A stretch of 64,000 nt of DNA from Patescibacteria group bacterium (lineage in GTDB: Bacteria > Patescibacteriota > Patescibacteriia > Magasanikbacterales > GWA2-37-8): NCBI GenBank assembly GCA_041661385.1, contig JBAZUP010000001.1:576907-640906 (forward strand). The letters run 5' to 3'. The notes under the pieces are model-generated. The model had not been told where the DNA came from. It saw nothing but the letters and a program-made list of their open reading frames with translations, and did not search any database. The position numbers and the translations under genes were made by a program. Shown piece after piece: positions 1-8,824 of this stretch (position 1 is its first letter; the number at the start of each line of letters is the position of its first letter).

Positions 1-819
1 AGAAAATCCGATCTTGTGAGGAGCGATACCAAAAAAATCATAAAAACTACTGCTCGCAATTTTTGCAATTTTAATTGCTCGCCACTGAAGTAAGTACGGT
101 GCCATAAGGTGGCGGTGTTCGTAATCCGAAGCGCCGAATAAATAAGTAGTCGTATCACCAAAACTGATCAAGACCAGAACCGCAATTGGTTTTCCGTCCA
201 ACATCGCCGTCAGCTGTTTTACGCTCGGTGATTTTAAAATTTCTTCATAATGACGCTTGTCATGCAAGCGGAATCCGTCGCGTTTTCTGGTTTCATTAAT
301 TAGTTGCCAAAAAAATTCAAAATTTTTATCTTCAGAAATGAGAATATTCTTTTTTTCCGCGAGCCGCACATTATATCTGGTTTTTGAATGCATTTTTTCC
401 AGCAATTCTTGCTCGGTCTGCTTTAATTCCAAAATTGTCGTAGCGCGCGGGTTAATATCAATCGTTTTTTTATAAACGCTTTTATCTTCAATGCCGTTTT
501 TGCAGCATGGTTCAAATCTCAAAAAAGAAATACCCTTTTGTTTAAAATATTTTTCTAAGGCCGTAAACACTTCAACAAACCCTGCTTTTACAATTGGCCC
601 CTTTGGACAAAAAAAGTATTCAAATCCAAGTGCTTCATTAAAAATAAACTGGCCGGCACCGCAAACCTTTCCCCCTTCAATAAATTGCAGCCGTTCAATC
701 TTTTTTTCTTCAGAAATTAATATTTCTCCCCAACTCCAGCTTTGGGTAAAAGAACATTGAGACTGGTTTTTCAACCATCCATCCCATTCCGCTTGATTTG
801 TGACAACTTTTATTTCCAT
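1..819 (-). CDS. FemABX-family peptidoglycan bridge peptidyltransferase (3' end beyond window)
   Basis: Own translation from ATG at 819: MEIKVVTNQAEWDGWL..SFTQSWSWGE..YFFCPKGP..YLFGASDYEHRHLMAPYLLQWRAI..FYDFFGIAP, typical FemAB/FemX motifs. Absent from the ORF track because it runs off the edge. Confidence 0.85.
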   Translation of the reverse strand, partial: MEIKVVTNQAEWDGWLKNQSQCSFTQSWSWGEILISEEKKIERLQFIEGGKVCGAGQFIFNEALGFEYFFCPKGPIVKAGFVEVFTALEKYFKQKGISFLRFEPCCKNGIEDKSVYKKTIDINPRATTILELKQTEQELLEKMHSKTRYNVRLAEKKNILISEDKNFEFFWQLINETRKRDGFRLHDKRHYEEILKSPSVKQLTAMLDGKPIAVLVLISFGDTTTYLFGASDYEHRHLMAPYLLQWRAIKIAKIASSSFYDFFGIAPHKIGFS

Positions 820-822
820 GTT

Positions 823-1509
823 CTAGTTTACCGCTAAATAACTTGCTACCGTGGCAGCGGTTTCGGATCGCAAAACAGTTTTTCCAAGCGACATCGTTTC
901 ACAACCGGCTTTTTTTGCTTCTTCACGCTCACCTTCACTCCAACCACCCTCCGGTCCAACAAATAAAATTATCGAATCACTTTTTTTTGAAGTGCCAAAA
1001 CTTTTTCCTCCCATATCAAAAAAATATTTATTTTTTTCTTTGGAATTTGCCAATACATCCATAAATTCCTCCGGTTCACGAATCACCGGCACACTGCGTC
1101 GCCCGCACTGCTCGGCTGCCTCCTCGCTAATTTTTTGCAAACGATGAATTTGAACTCCAAATTTAATTGAGTGCTGAGTATGAAGAGGTATAATTTCGGT
1201 AACTCCGATTTCAGTCGCCTTTTGAACTATCCATTCAAAATTATCTCTTTTAACAATCGCAGCTGCGAGGATCACTTTTTTGGCCTCTGTTTCATTTTTT
1301 TCTTTTTCCAGCACAACAAAAAATACTTTATTGGGAGTAATTTCACTTATTAAAACCTTAGCTTCTTCACCAGTTTTATTAAATAATTCAACTTGTTCGC
1401 CCTTCTGTAAACGAAGAACTTTGGTCATTTGATGAACGATTTCATGGTCATTAAGCACCCCATCGGCGGCAGTCAGTGGAAAATCTATCAAAAAGCGGTG
1501 AATTCGCAT
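823..1509 (-). CDS. rsmE: 16S rRNA m3U1498 methyltransferase
   Basis: KVLRL, QKATEIGV, EAAEQCGR, VGPEGGWS, LGKTVLRSETA motifs. Confidence 0.95.
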   Translation of the reverse strand: MRIHRFLIDFPLTAADGVLNDHEIVHQMTKVLRLQKGEQVELFNKTGEEAKVLISEITPNKVFFVVLEKEKNETEAKKVILAAAIVKRDNFEWIVQKATEIGVTEIIPLHTQHSIKFGVQIHRLQKISEEAAEQCGRRSVPVIREPEEFMDVLANSKEKNKYFFDMGGKSFGTSKKSDSIILFVGPEGGWSEGEREEAKKAGCETMSLGKTVLRSETAATVASYLAVN

Positions 1510-1553
1510 ATTTATAGCTTAAAACACCTCTATTTTACCATTCCCGGCACCGA

Positions 1554-1582
1554 TTGACAAGAATCGGTTTTTAATGTAGAAT
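1554..1582 (+). promoter_or_regulatory. sigma70 promoter for rpmF-nusB-rnc-tRNA-Lys
   Basis: TTGACA-17 nt-TAGAAT upstream of rpmF. Confidence 0.75.
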
Positions 1583-1633
1583 ATTAAAACTTTCGGTAAT
1601 TTCATTACCTTTTTATACATAAATAACACCAAT

Positions 1634-1834
1634 ATGGGTCTTCCAGGACACCGTCGCACATCGGGCGACAAACGCCGCCGTCTCACTCACATCGCTCTCA
1701 CCGAACAAACCATTGGCAAATGCCCAAAATGTGAGAAGCCAATTTTACCGCATCGCGCTTGCGCTTTTTGTGGTACTTATCGTGGCCGCCAGGTTTTGAA
1801 AGTAGACAAAAGACTATCTAAGAAATCAAAGTAA
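1634..1834 (+). CDS. rpmF: 50S ribosomal protein L32
   Basis: [19 protein letters not shown] zinc-ribbon L32 pattern. Confidence 0.95.
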   Translation: MGLPGHRRTSGDKRRRLTHIALTEQTIGKCPKCEKPILPHRACAFCGTYRGRQVLKVDKRLSKKSK

Positions 1835-1839
1835 GCATT

Positions 1840-2277
1840 ATGGCGAATAGGCATCTCGCCCGTTCCATAGCCATGCAATCGCTCTTTGAGTGGGATTTCA
1901 AAGGAAACCCCACTGCGATTTTGCCTGCCATTGTGGACCACAATTTAGAAGAATTTGGACCCGGTCTTGAAGAACGGGAATTTGCGAAAAGCATTGTTGA
2001 CGGAGTTATTGATCACCTTGCCGAAATAGATAAACTTGTTTCCAAATTCGCTCCGAGCTGGCCAATCTCCCAGATTACTTTGGTTGACCGTAATATTTTG
2101 CGAATTGGAGTATTCGAACTTAAATTTGATAAAAACATTCCTCCCAAAGTCGCTATTAATGAAGCGATTGAACTGGCAAAAAGTTTTGGCGGTTCAGCTT
2201 CCGGTAAATTTGTTAATGGCGTACTCGGCTCCATGTTCAATGAGATGCAAAAAGAAAATCCTGAAGAAATAAAATAA
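1840..2277 (+). CDS. nusB: Transcription antitermination factor NusB
   Basis: [38 protein letters not shown]. Confidence 0.95.
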   Translation: MANRHLARSIAMQSLFEWDFKGNPTAILPAIVDHNLEEFGPGLEEREFAKSIVDGVIDHLAEIDKLVSKFAPSWPISQITLVDRNILRIGVFELKFDKNIPPKVAINEAIELAKSFGGSASGKFVNGVLGSMFNEMQKENPEEIK

Positions 2278-2279
2278 TT

Positions 2280-3047
2280 ATGCCCGTAATCGAACTTCCT
2301 GAAGTTAAAGAAAAGAATTTTTCCAAATTGGAAAAGGATTTTGGCATTACTTTTAAAAACAAAGATTTGCTCGTGCAAGCATTCATTCATCGCTCTTACC
2401 TCAACGAGCACCACGACTTTCCGCTTCCTCACAATGAACGCCTTGAATTTCTTGGTGATGCCGTACTTGAATTGATTGTTACAGAATTTCTTTTTGAACA
2501 ATACGGTAACCCAGAAGGCGAACTCACCAACTGGCGCGCCGCTCTTGTAAACGCCAAAACTCTGGCTTCAATTGCTTATGAGCTTGGCCTTGAACCGTAT
2601 CTTTTTCTAAGCCACGGCGAAGCCAAAGACACTGGAACCAAAGCGCGCGACTATATCATGGCGAATACCATTGAAGCTTTTCTCGGTTCAATTTATCTTG
2701 ATCAGGGCTATACCATAGCTAAACAATTTATCACTCGCTGGGTAATAGTTAAATTACCGGAAATTTTAGAAAACGGTTTGTATTTGGATGCAAAAAGCCG
2801 CCTTCAAGAATCTTCACAAGAATTACTTGGCATAACTCCAACCTATAAAGTTCTGCATGAAGAAGGACCTGATCACAACAAAACTTTTCGAGTCGGGGTT
2901 TATTTTGAAAAAGAATTGATTGCGACCGGTGAAGGAACAAGCAAACAAGAAGCCCAAACTGATGCCGCGGAACAGGCAGTTAAAATAAAAGGATGGAAGG
3001 GTCCGAAAATTTCTATTATAAAAAGAAATAACGGTGATCCGTTATAA
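2280..3047 (+). CDS. rnc: Ribonuclease III
   Basis: HNERLEFLGDAVL signature plus C-terminal dsRBD. Confidence 0.97.
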   Translation: MPVIELPEVKEKNFSKLEKDFGITFKNKDLLVQAFIHRSYLNEHHDFPLPHNERLEFLGDAVLELIVTEFLFEQYGNPEGELTNWRAALVNAKTLASIAYELGLEPYLFLSHGEAKDTGTKARDYIMANTIEAFLGSIYLDQGYTIAKQFITRWVIVKLPEILENGLYLDAKSRLQESSQELLGITPTYKVLHEEGPDHNKTFRVGVYFEKELIATGEGTSKQEAQTDAAEQAVKIKGWKGPKISIIKRNNGDPL

Positions 3048-3052
3048 AAAAC

Positions 3053-3125
3053 GGGTCGGTAGCTCAGCTGGTAGAGCAGAGGCCTCTTAAGCCTAAGGTC
3101 CCGGGTTCGATCCCCGGCCGACCCA
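3053..3125 (+). tRNA. tRNA-Lys(CTT)
   Basis: Cloverleaf GGGTCGG..TAGCTCAG..CT-CTT-AA..GGTTCGATCC..CCGACCC-A; CCA not encoded. Confidence 0.93.
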
Positions 3126-3297
3126 CATAAAAGAAAACTCCACGTAAGTGGGGTTTTTCTTTTATGTAGTTTGTCTGGGAGCGAACAGAAGATGGAAAGA
3201 AACGGAGTTTCTTTCTTGCTGAGGAAAGCCCACGAAAACCCGAAGGTTTTCGTGAAGCGAACGAAGTGAGCGCGTGAGATCCCCAACGACCCACATA
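3125..3297 (+). repeat. tRNA-tail element, copy 1 (after tRNA-Lys)
   Basis: Hairpin 3125-3168, antisense T-arm 3173-3186, core 3187-3277 nearly identical to 5875-5966, tRNA 3'-end copy 3278-3297. Confidence 0.85.
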
Positions 3298-3445
3298 TAT
3301 GGAAACCCTTTTGTGGGAGGACGAGCGAAGCGAGGACGACGGAGATCCCCGACTCACTCGTGAGATCCCCAATTACAAACATAGCAGATCACATATATTC
3401 TTTTATCCTCTTTTCTCTGTTATAATATCCATTGCAAAGATACAT

Positions 3446-4537
3446 ATGAATAATTATAAAAATAAAATTTCAATTCTCGCTACGTTTATTGTTTTGCTTT
3501 CGTTCGGAAACAATGTAGCGGCAAAAACAATCATTAACCCCGCACCCAAAAAAATTACCAAAGAATTCGTCCGAATTTTTTATTGTCAAAACGGAAAAAA
3601 AGCCAGTGACTCACTCGCAAAAAATTATCGCTCGGTCGATATTATCGCCCCTCAGGCCTATTCAATCACTGCAACCGGCACCCTCATTGGCGGAGTTGAC
3701 CCTAAAATCACTGCCATAGCGACAAAACGCAAAATAAAAATAATGCCGCTTATCGTTAACAAAGGTTTTAGTAGCCGCGCCGCTGCAGATTTTTTTGATG
3801 ATATAGAACACCAACAGTCGGCTGTGAACGCCATGGTGGATGAGGGAATAAAAAATTCTTATTGGGGCTGGCAAGTAGATTTTGAACAAGTAAATATTTC
3901 TTATCAAAAACAATTTTCAGATTTTGTCGCAATACTCGGAGATGCATTGCATAAAAACGGCATGACGGTCAGCGTTGCGGTAATTGCTCAGACCTCTACT
4001 GAACCAACCGACTATAAAGGTGACTATTGGAATAAGTTCATCGGCGTTTATGATTACGCCGCGCTTGCCTCCAGTTCAGATTTCATTAGTCTAATGTCCT
4101 ACGATGACCCGGGTTCGACCGGCCCCGCAACCAGGTACACCTGGCTCAAACAAGTTTTAAATTTTTCTCTCAAATATATTCCTCCAGAAAAAATATCTAT
4201 TGGCATACCATTATACTACTGGCGATGGAATGATTCGACCGGCAAAAGAGTCGGTACTGGTACTTACACGCAGTTATTACAAAAAATGAATCAGTATAAT
4301 ATGAAACGCGGTTATGACCCGAAAGAAGCCGCCTCATATATGCGTTACCGTAGTAATAAAATGACTTACACGATTTGGTATGAAAATAGCAAAAGCGTCG
4401 CAAAAAAAATTGATTTAATCAAAGAAAATGGTTTGCATGGTTTTTCAGCGTGGGCACTTGGGCAAGAAGTGCCAAATTTTCACGAAGCGATTTTTTCAAA
4501 TAAATATTTGGTTGATCGCTCATTGGTGATGCGATAA
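3446..4537 (+). CDS. Secreted glycoside hydrolase family 18 (YaaH/YdhD-like) protein
   Basis: Signal peptide after MNNYKNK (start moved to 3446); GWQVDFE, DFISLMSYD, KISIGIPLY, IWYEN, GFSAWALGQE motifs. Confidence 0.85.
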   Translation: MNNYKNKISILATFIVLLSFGNNVAAKTIINPAPKKITKEFVRIFYCQNGKKASDSLAKNYRSVDIIAPQAYSITATGTLIGGVDPKITAIATKRKIKIMPLIVNKGFSSRAAADFFDDIEHQQSAVNAMVDEGIKNSYWGWQVDFEQVNISYQKQFSDFVAILGDALHKNGMTVSVAVIAQTSTEPTDYKGDYWNKFIGVYDYAALASSSDFISLMSYDDPGSTGPATRYTWLKQVLNFSLKYIPPEKISIGIPLYYWRWNDSTGKRVGTGTYTQLLQKMNQYNMKRGYDPKEAASYMRYRSNKMTYTIWYENSKSVAKKIDLIKENGLHGFSAWALGQEVPNFHEAIFSNKYLVDRSLVMR

Positions 4538-4597
4538 AAAATCACTAGTCTTAACTACTTGCGCGATATTTCTTTATACTGATCCTATTTAGAAATA

Positions 4598-4630
4598 AAA
4601 AAATACAACCTACATGAGGTTGTATTTTTT
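4598..4630. terminator. Bidirectional intrinsic terminator
   Basis: aaaaaatacaacc-tacatga-ggttgtatttttt between convergent genes. Confidence 0.7.
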
Positions 4631-4745
4631 CAGGTCTCCATCATTATATCCGCAAAATATTGTGAACATAATGATAGTGTGGAGACCTGACAGTACGGTC
4701 TCCACACTTTTTTAGCGTGTGAAGCTATACTGCTAGGCTACTGCC

Positions 4746-5519
4746 CTAGTGACAGCCGAAACAGGCTGACTTGAAGGCCGGGCTCACGTCGATCACGCCG
4801 TTGCCGTGCAGAGACGGAACGGTGCTGGTCAAAACGCCCGTGCAGTAGGTGTAAGGAGCGCAACTGGTGACGAGGCCACCCGAGGTATTCACGAAGCTCG
4901 GATAGCCGCCGGAGACGTAGGCGCCGGTCACGCCAGGGTGACAGAGCTGGCAAGCGTTTCCGTTCGGAGTGAACGGGAAAGCATGCCGGCCGCTGTGCCA
5001 CGCGGGGATGGTACCATCGGCGAGCCTCGCCGGGATGCTGTGACAGGCCGAGCAGGTTGCAGAGCCGGTCGCGTACCACGAAGGCGAAACACCGCCAGAA
5101 GGACCGCCGTAAGCGACGGTATTCTGCACGGGCTCGCCGTCACCACCCTGCATCCAGTAGGAGAAGGTCCCCGCAGGAATGCTGTGGCAGCCCACGTTGG
5201 AGCAGGTCTTGTCGACCGCGTTGAACGTCGGCCGAGGCAGGCTCGGGTTGTAGGCGGTGCTGGTCGAATCGAAGACGAGACGGCCGGCGACCTTGTGGCA
5301 GACGGAGCAGCTGTACCGATCGTGCTTCTGGTGCGCGCCAGTGGGCAGGCACCCCGGATCGCCGTCGAAACAGTCGGCGTGATCGGCCATGAGGGCCTGG
5401 GGGCCGGCGATCGTCGCCGGAGTCGCAGAAGACGCCTCTTCCGCCGGGGCAGTCGCATCGACACCGCAGGCAGACAGCAGGAGCAATGCCATGAGTCCAA
5501 GCGCAGAAAGGAACTTCAT
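4746..5519 (-). CDS. Multiheme c-type cytochrome lipoprotein (CxxxxCH/CxxCH type)
   Basis: Lipobox LLLLSAC; CSVCH, CSNVGCH, CSACH, CQLCH, CFGCH; SD GGGAGG; markedly GC-rich versus flanks. Confidence 0.85.
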   Translation of the reverse strand: MKFLSALGLMALLLLSACGVDATAPAEEASSATPATIAGPQALMADHADCFDGDPGCLPTGAHQKHDRYSCSVCHKVAGRLVFDSTSTAYNPSLPRPTFNAVDKTCSNVGCHSIPAGTFSYWMQGGDGEPVQNTVAYGGPSGGVSPSWYATGSATCSACHSIPARLADGTIPAWHSGRHAFPFTPNGNACQLCHPGVTGAYVSGGYPSFVNTSGGLVTSCAPYTYCTGVLTSTVPSLHGNGVIDVSPAFKSACFGCH

Positions 5520-5568
5520 TCGAACCTCCCAAAAGCGTGTACTTCAACCACCATGGTTGAAGCCGAGC

Positions 5569-5597
5569 ATTATATCATTTTTAGGCCATTTTGTCAA
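5569..5597 (-). promoter_or_regulatory. Consensus sigma70 promoter for cytochrome gene
   Basis: Minus strand TTGACA-17 nt-TATAAT. Confidence 0.75.
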
Positions 5598-5750
5598 TAG
5601 TTTCAAAAAAAGGCCACCTAATGCTATAATCTTGATTTTTCTCTTAAAACATGATAAAGTTGGCATATTCACCGCCCCTATTTTCAAGTGAAATGAGCGA
5701 AATGAATTTATTCATTTCCGAATGAACGAAGAAAATACGGCAGCGCAGCT

Positions 5751-5822
5751 GCCCCTATATTTCAATGGATAGAATAACAGGCTTCGAACCTGTAGATGGG
5801 AGTTCGATCCTCTCTGGGGGCA
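5751..5822 (+). tRNA. tRNA-Arg(TCG)
   Basis: GCCCCTA/TGGGGGC acceptor, ACAGG-CT-TCG-AA-CCTGT anticodon arm, GTTCGATCC T loop. Confidence 0.9.
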
Positions 5823-6019
5823 CAAAATAAAACTGACCTTTGTGGTCTGTTTTATTTTATCTTGAGGATTGAACTGAAGATGGAAAGAAACGAAGTCTCT
5901 TTCTTGTTGAGGAAAGCCCACGAAAACCCGAAGGTCTTCGTGAAAGCGAACACAGTGAGCGCGTGAGATCCTCTCTGGGGGCACAAAATAAAACTGATCT
6001 TAATGGTCAGTTTTATTTT
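5823..6019 (+). repeat. tRNA-tail element, copy 2 (after tRNA-Arg)
   Basis: Hairpin 5824-5858, antisense T-arm 5864-5874, core 5875-5966, exact repeat of 5806-5836 at 5967-5997 and a second hairpin to 6019. Confidence 0.88.
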
Positions 6020-6292
6020 ATTCATATTTGGTAAATTGAGATTAAAAAAATGAAATTTTTTTGAAATATTTCATTAAAAATATTTTTTTATCTCCTTTCA
6101 TCAACAACTAATGATGCTGTGCATAACTTTACCTCTTACTATTTCAATATTTCGTCATTACATATATAATATTATCGAGGTCGAAAACTTTTACATCGAT
6201 GCTTGTCATGTAAAATTTTCTCTAATAATATTTCGCGTTAGCGAATTACAATTGTATCCGCTCGGATACAAATGAAGGGAGGTGCCAACCAT

Positions 6293-6379
6293 ATGGCCAA
6301 AAAGAAAAAGAAGGTAGTAAAGCGTAAGAAAGTAGTCGCCAAGAAAAAGAAAAAAGGCGGCAAAAAGAAAAAACGTTAA
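6293..6379 (+). CDS. Small Lys-rich basic protein (28 aa)
   Basis: MAKKKKKVVKRKKVVAKKKKKGGKKKKR; strong SD AAGGGAGGTG; terminator directly downstream. Confidence 0.7.
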   Translation: MAKKKKKVVKRKKVVAKKKKKGGKKKKR

Positions 6380-6382
6380 ATG

Positions 6383-6410
6383 AAAAAATCTCCTGCAAGG
6401 GAGATTTTTT
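6383..6410. terminator. Intrinsic terminator
   Basis: aaaaaatctcc-tgcaag-ggagattttt. Confidence 0.7.
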
Positions 6411-6427
6411 ATTATTGAAATATTACT

Positions 6428-7681
6428 TTAGTTGGTTTTTCTAACCTTTTTACCATTTTCGAGTACGCTAATCTTCCCATAAACTCCATCATACCCCGGA
6501 GTAACATTAACTAGGCCAGAACGCATATTTTTAATGCCTAAAGTAATGTTTTTATCACTTACAATTTTATCAATTTTAGCTAAATCTTCATAAAGTAAAA
6601 CCGAAAATTCGCTACCGAGCTTAAGCAACATATTTCGGTATTCGAGTTCAACTTTTTTACTGGCTTTGCCAACTTCAAACGCGTTGGCAATAATTTCACG
6701 AAGCGGAACAATATATCGATGTGAAATAAACTTGCCCAAAATTTTATTTTCTGACCGATCGGCAAGTTTTTCTATCCGATTTAGAACCCCGACGGTAAGT
6801 TTCTTTTTGCAAACCGGACAAATTTCTTTACAATGAATTGTTTCAGACGGTTTGAGTGATACGTTGCAGGTCTTATGACCATCATGATAATACATCCCCT
6901 CTTCGGGATAAAATTCTATTGTATAAAGAAATTGTTTTTTATCGCCGGATCTAATTTTTTTCCAAAGTGAGTCGTAAGAAACTTCATTTTCATTTTTAAA
7001 AGCGATAACATTTGCCTCTCGGCCTAAATTTTGTAAACTGTGCGCATCTGAATTTGATACTAGGGCAATTTTATCCAGCTTACTAATTCGGCGGTTCATG
7101 GTCGGATCACTAGATAATCCGGTTTCAATAGCAAAAATATTTGGCGTTAATTCTTCAAAACATTCCTCAAGAGAATCATACCCGGATTTTGATCCGAAAA
7201 CTGCATACCATGGCGTCCAAGCATGAGCGGGAATTACTACTATTCTTTTATCAATACCAAGACAAATTTCAACAATGTTTTTTGCGGTAAGTCCCATCAT
7301 CGGCCGCCCGTCAGAACGCAAATTTACCCCATGTTCTTCAAGCTTTTTGTTAAATCTTTCAGCAATTTCTAAGCTGGGCACAAAAATTAAAAGGTGTATT
7401 CGCCTTACCTTATCGCGGTGTTTATAAATACAAGATATTTCTGTGCCAATAATAAATTTAGTTCTACTTTCACTATTTTTTAAACTCAGTAATCCACCCC
7501 CATCTTCCTTTAGCTCTTTTTTTATCAATGAAAACCAACCCGGATGAGTAAAATCCCCGGTCGAAACAATATTGATTCCTTTTTCCTCACATACCTTCGC
7601 TATCTTTGGCAATTCTAAATCTTTAGAACAAGCCCGAGCAAACTTCGAATGTATATGAAGATCAATGATTTTTTCAATCAT
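6428..7681 (-). CDS. PHP-family endonuclease Q-like protein
   Basis: DLHIHSKF, TGDFTHP, PAHAWTPW, SNSDAHS, CPVC, PGYDGVYG. Confidence 0.85.
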   Translation of the reverse strand: MIEKIIDLHIHSKFARACSKDLELPKIAKVCEEKGINIVSTGDFTHPGWFSLIKKELKEDGGGLLSLKNSESRTKFIIGTEISCIYKHRDKVRRIHLLIFVPSLEIAERFNKKLEEHGVNLRSDGRPMMGLTAKNIVEICLGIDKRIVVIPAHAWTPWYAVFGSKSGYDSLEECFEELTPNIFAIETGLSSDPTMNRRISKLDKIALVSNSDAHSLQNLGREANVIAFKNENEVSYDSLWKKIRSGDKKQFLYTIEFYPEEGMYYHDGHKTCNVSLKPSETIHCKEICPVCKKKLTVGVLNRIEKLADRSENKILGKFISHRYIVPLREIIANAFEVGKASKKVELEYRNMLLKLGSEFSVLLYEDLAKIDKIVSDKNITLGIKNMRSGLVNVTPGYDGVYGKISVLENGKKVRKTN

Positions 7682-7682
7682 G

Positions 7683-8810
7683 CTATGTTTCTTTAACTGA
7701 CTTTGCAATTACTTTACTTACTCCTTTTTCAAAAACATTTGGCAAAATATTTTCCGCACTGGGTTTTTTGACGAGACCAGCGAGGGCAATTGCGGCGGAA
7801 AGTTTCATTTTGGTAGTAACTTTTTTTATTCTACTATCTAATAAACCACGGAAGATACCCGGGAAGACTAAAACATTATTTATTTGATTTGGAAAATCGC
7901 TGCGCCCGGTTGCGACTACTGCCGCTCCGGCTTTTTTCGCTAGGTCCGGCATGATTTCCGGCGTCGGGTTTGCGAGAGCAAAAATTATTGCCTGTTCATT
8001 CATGGTTTTAATCATTTCAACTGTTAAAACAGCCGGCTTACTTACCCCCACAAACACGTCGGCTTTTACAACCGCCTCTTTCAACCCACCAATTAGATTT
8101 TCTTTATTGGTGACACTCGCTAAAAATACCTTTTCTTCCTCAAGGTCAGTGCGATCTTTTGAAATTATTCCTTTTGAATCTACCATGATTATATTTTTTA
8201 CGCCTCCGTCCAAAAATAATTTTGCGATGGCAGTACCGGCTGCCCCAGCGCCATTTATTGCAACTTTTATTTCATCAATATTTTTTCCAACTACCTTCAA
8301 AGCATTAATTAGCCCTGCGAGAACAACAATCGCGGTGCCGTGTTGGTCGTCGTGAAATACTGGAATATCAAGCATATCTCCAAGACGTTTTTCAATTTCA
8401 AAACAACGCGGCGCGGAAATATCTTCCAAATTAATACCCCCAAACATTGGTGAAATATTTACAATAGTTTTTATAATTTCTCCGGTATCCTGAGTTTTAA
8501 GTGCAATTGGAAAAGCATCGACTCCGGCAAACTCTTTGAGTAAGGCACATTTGCCTTCCATAACCGGTAAACTCGCTTCGGGACCAATATTACCAAGACC
8601 GAGTACGGCACTGCCGTCGGTAATCACTGCGACTAAATTATTCTTTCTGGTTAATTCATATACTTCATTCTTATTTTTTTCGATTACAAGACAAGCTTCG
8701 GCAACGCCCGGAGTATAAGCAAGACTTAAATCTTTTTTATTTTTAATTTTTGCTCTCGAAATTATTTCAATTTTGCCTTTTAATTTTCGGTGATAAGTTA
8801 TTGAGTCCAT
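7683..8810 (-). CDS. NAD(P)-dependent malic enzyme
   Basis: [43 protein letters not shown]. Confidence 0.95.
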   Translation of the reverse strand: MDSITYHRKLKGKIEIISRAKIKNKKDLSLAYTPGVAEACLVIEKNKNEVYELTRKNNLVAVITDGSAVLGLGNIGPEASLPVMEGKCALLKEFAGVDAFPIALKTQDTGEIIKTIVNISPMFGGINLEDISAPRCFEIEKRLGDMLDIPVFHDDQHGTAIVVLAGLINALKVVGKNIDEIKVAINGAGAAGTAIAKLFLDGGVKNIIMVDSKGIISKDRTDLEEEKVFLASVTNKENLIGGLKEAVVKADVFVGVSKPAVLTVEMIKTMNEQAIIFALANPTPEIMPDLAKKAGAAVVATGRSDFPNQINNVLVFPGIFRGLLDSRIKKVTTKMKLSAAIALAGLVKKPSAENILPNVFEKGVSKVIAKSVKET

Positions 8811-8824
8811 AATTGAAATATTTA

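Noticed and set aside
3219-3262. GAGGAAAGCCC (RNase P-like) and CTGAGGA..GAAC (hammerhead-like) words in the tRNA-tail core
   Set aside because: Element is far too short for RNase P and lacks the P4 partner strand. The hammerhead core is incomplete (GAAC not GAAA; TTGAGGA in the Arg copy).
3299-3445. N-terminal 49 aa of the GH18 ORF in the track
   Set aside because: Overlaps repeat remnants; the signal peptide begins at ATG 3446.
4738-5691. Several overlapping long ORFs around the cytochrome gene
   Set aside because: Shadow frames caused by high GC; only 4746-5519 has SD, lipobox and motifs.
3053-6019. Classical integrase island or CRISPR array at the tRNAs
   Set aside because: No integrase or cas genes. 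Each duplication encloses only ~160-170 bp, and there is no repeat-spacer periodicity.
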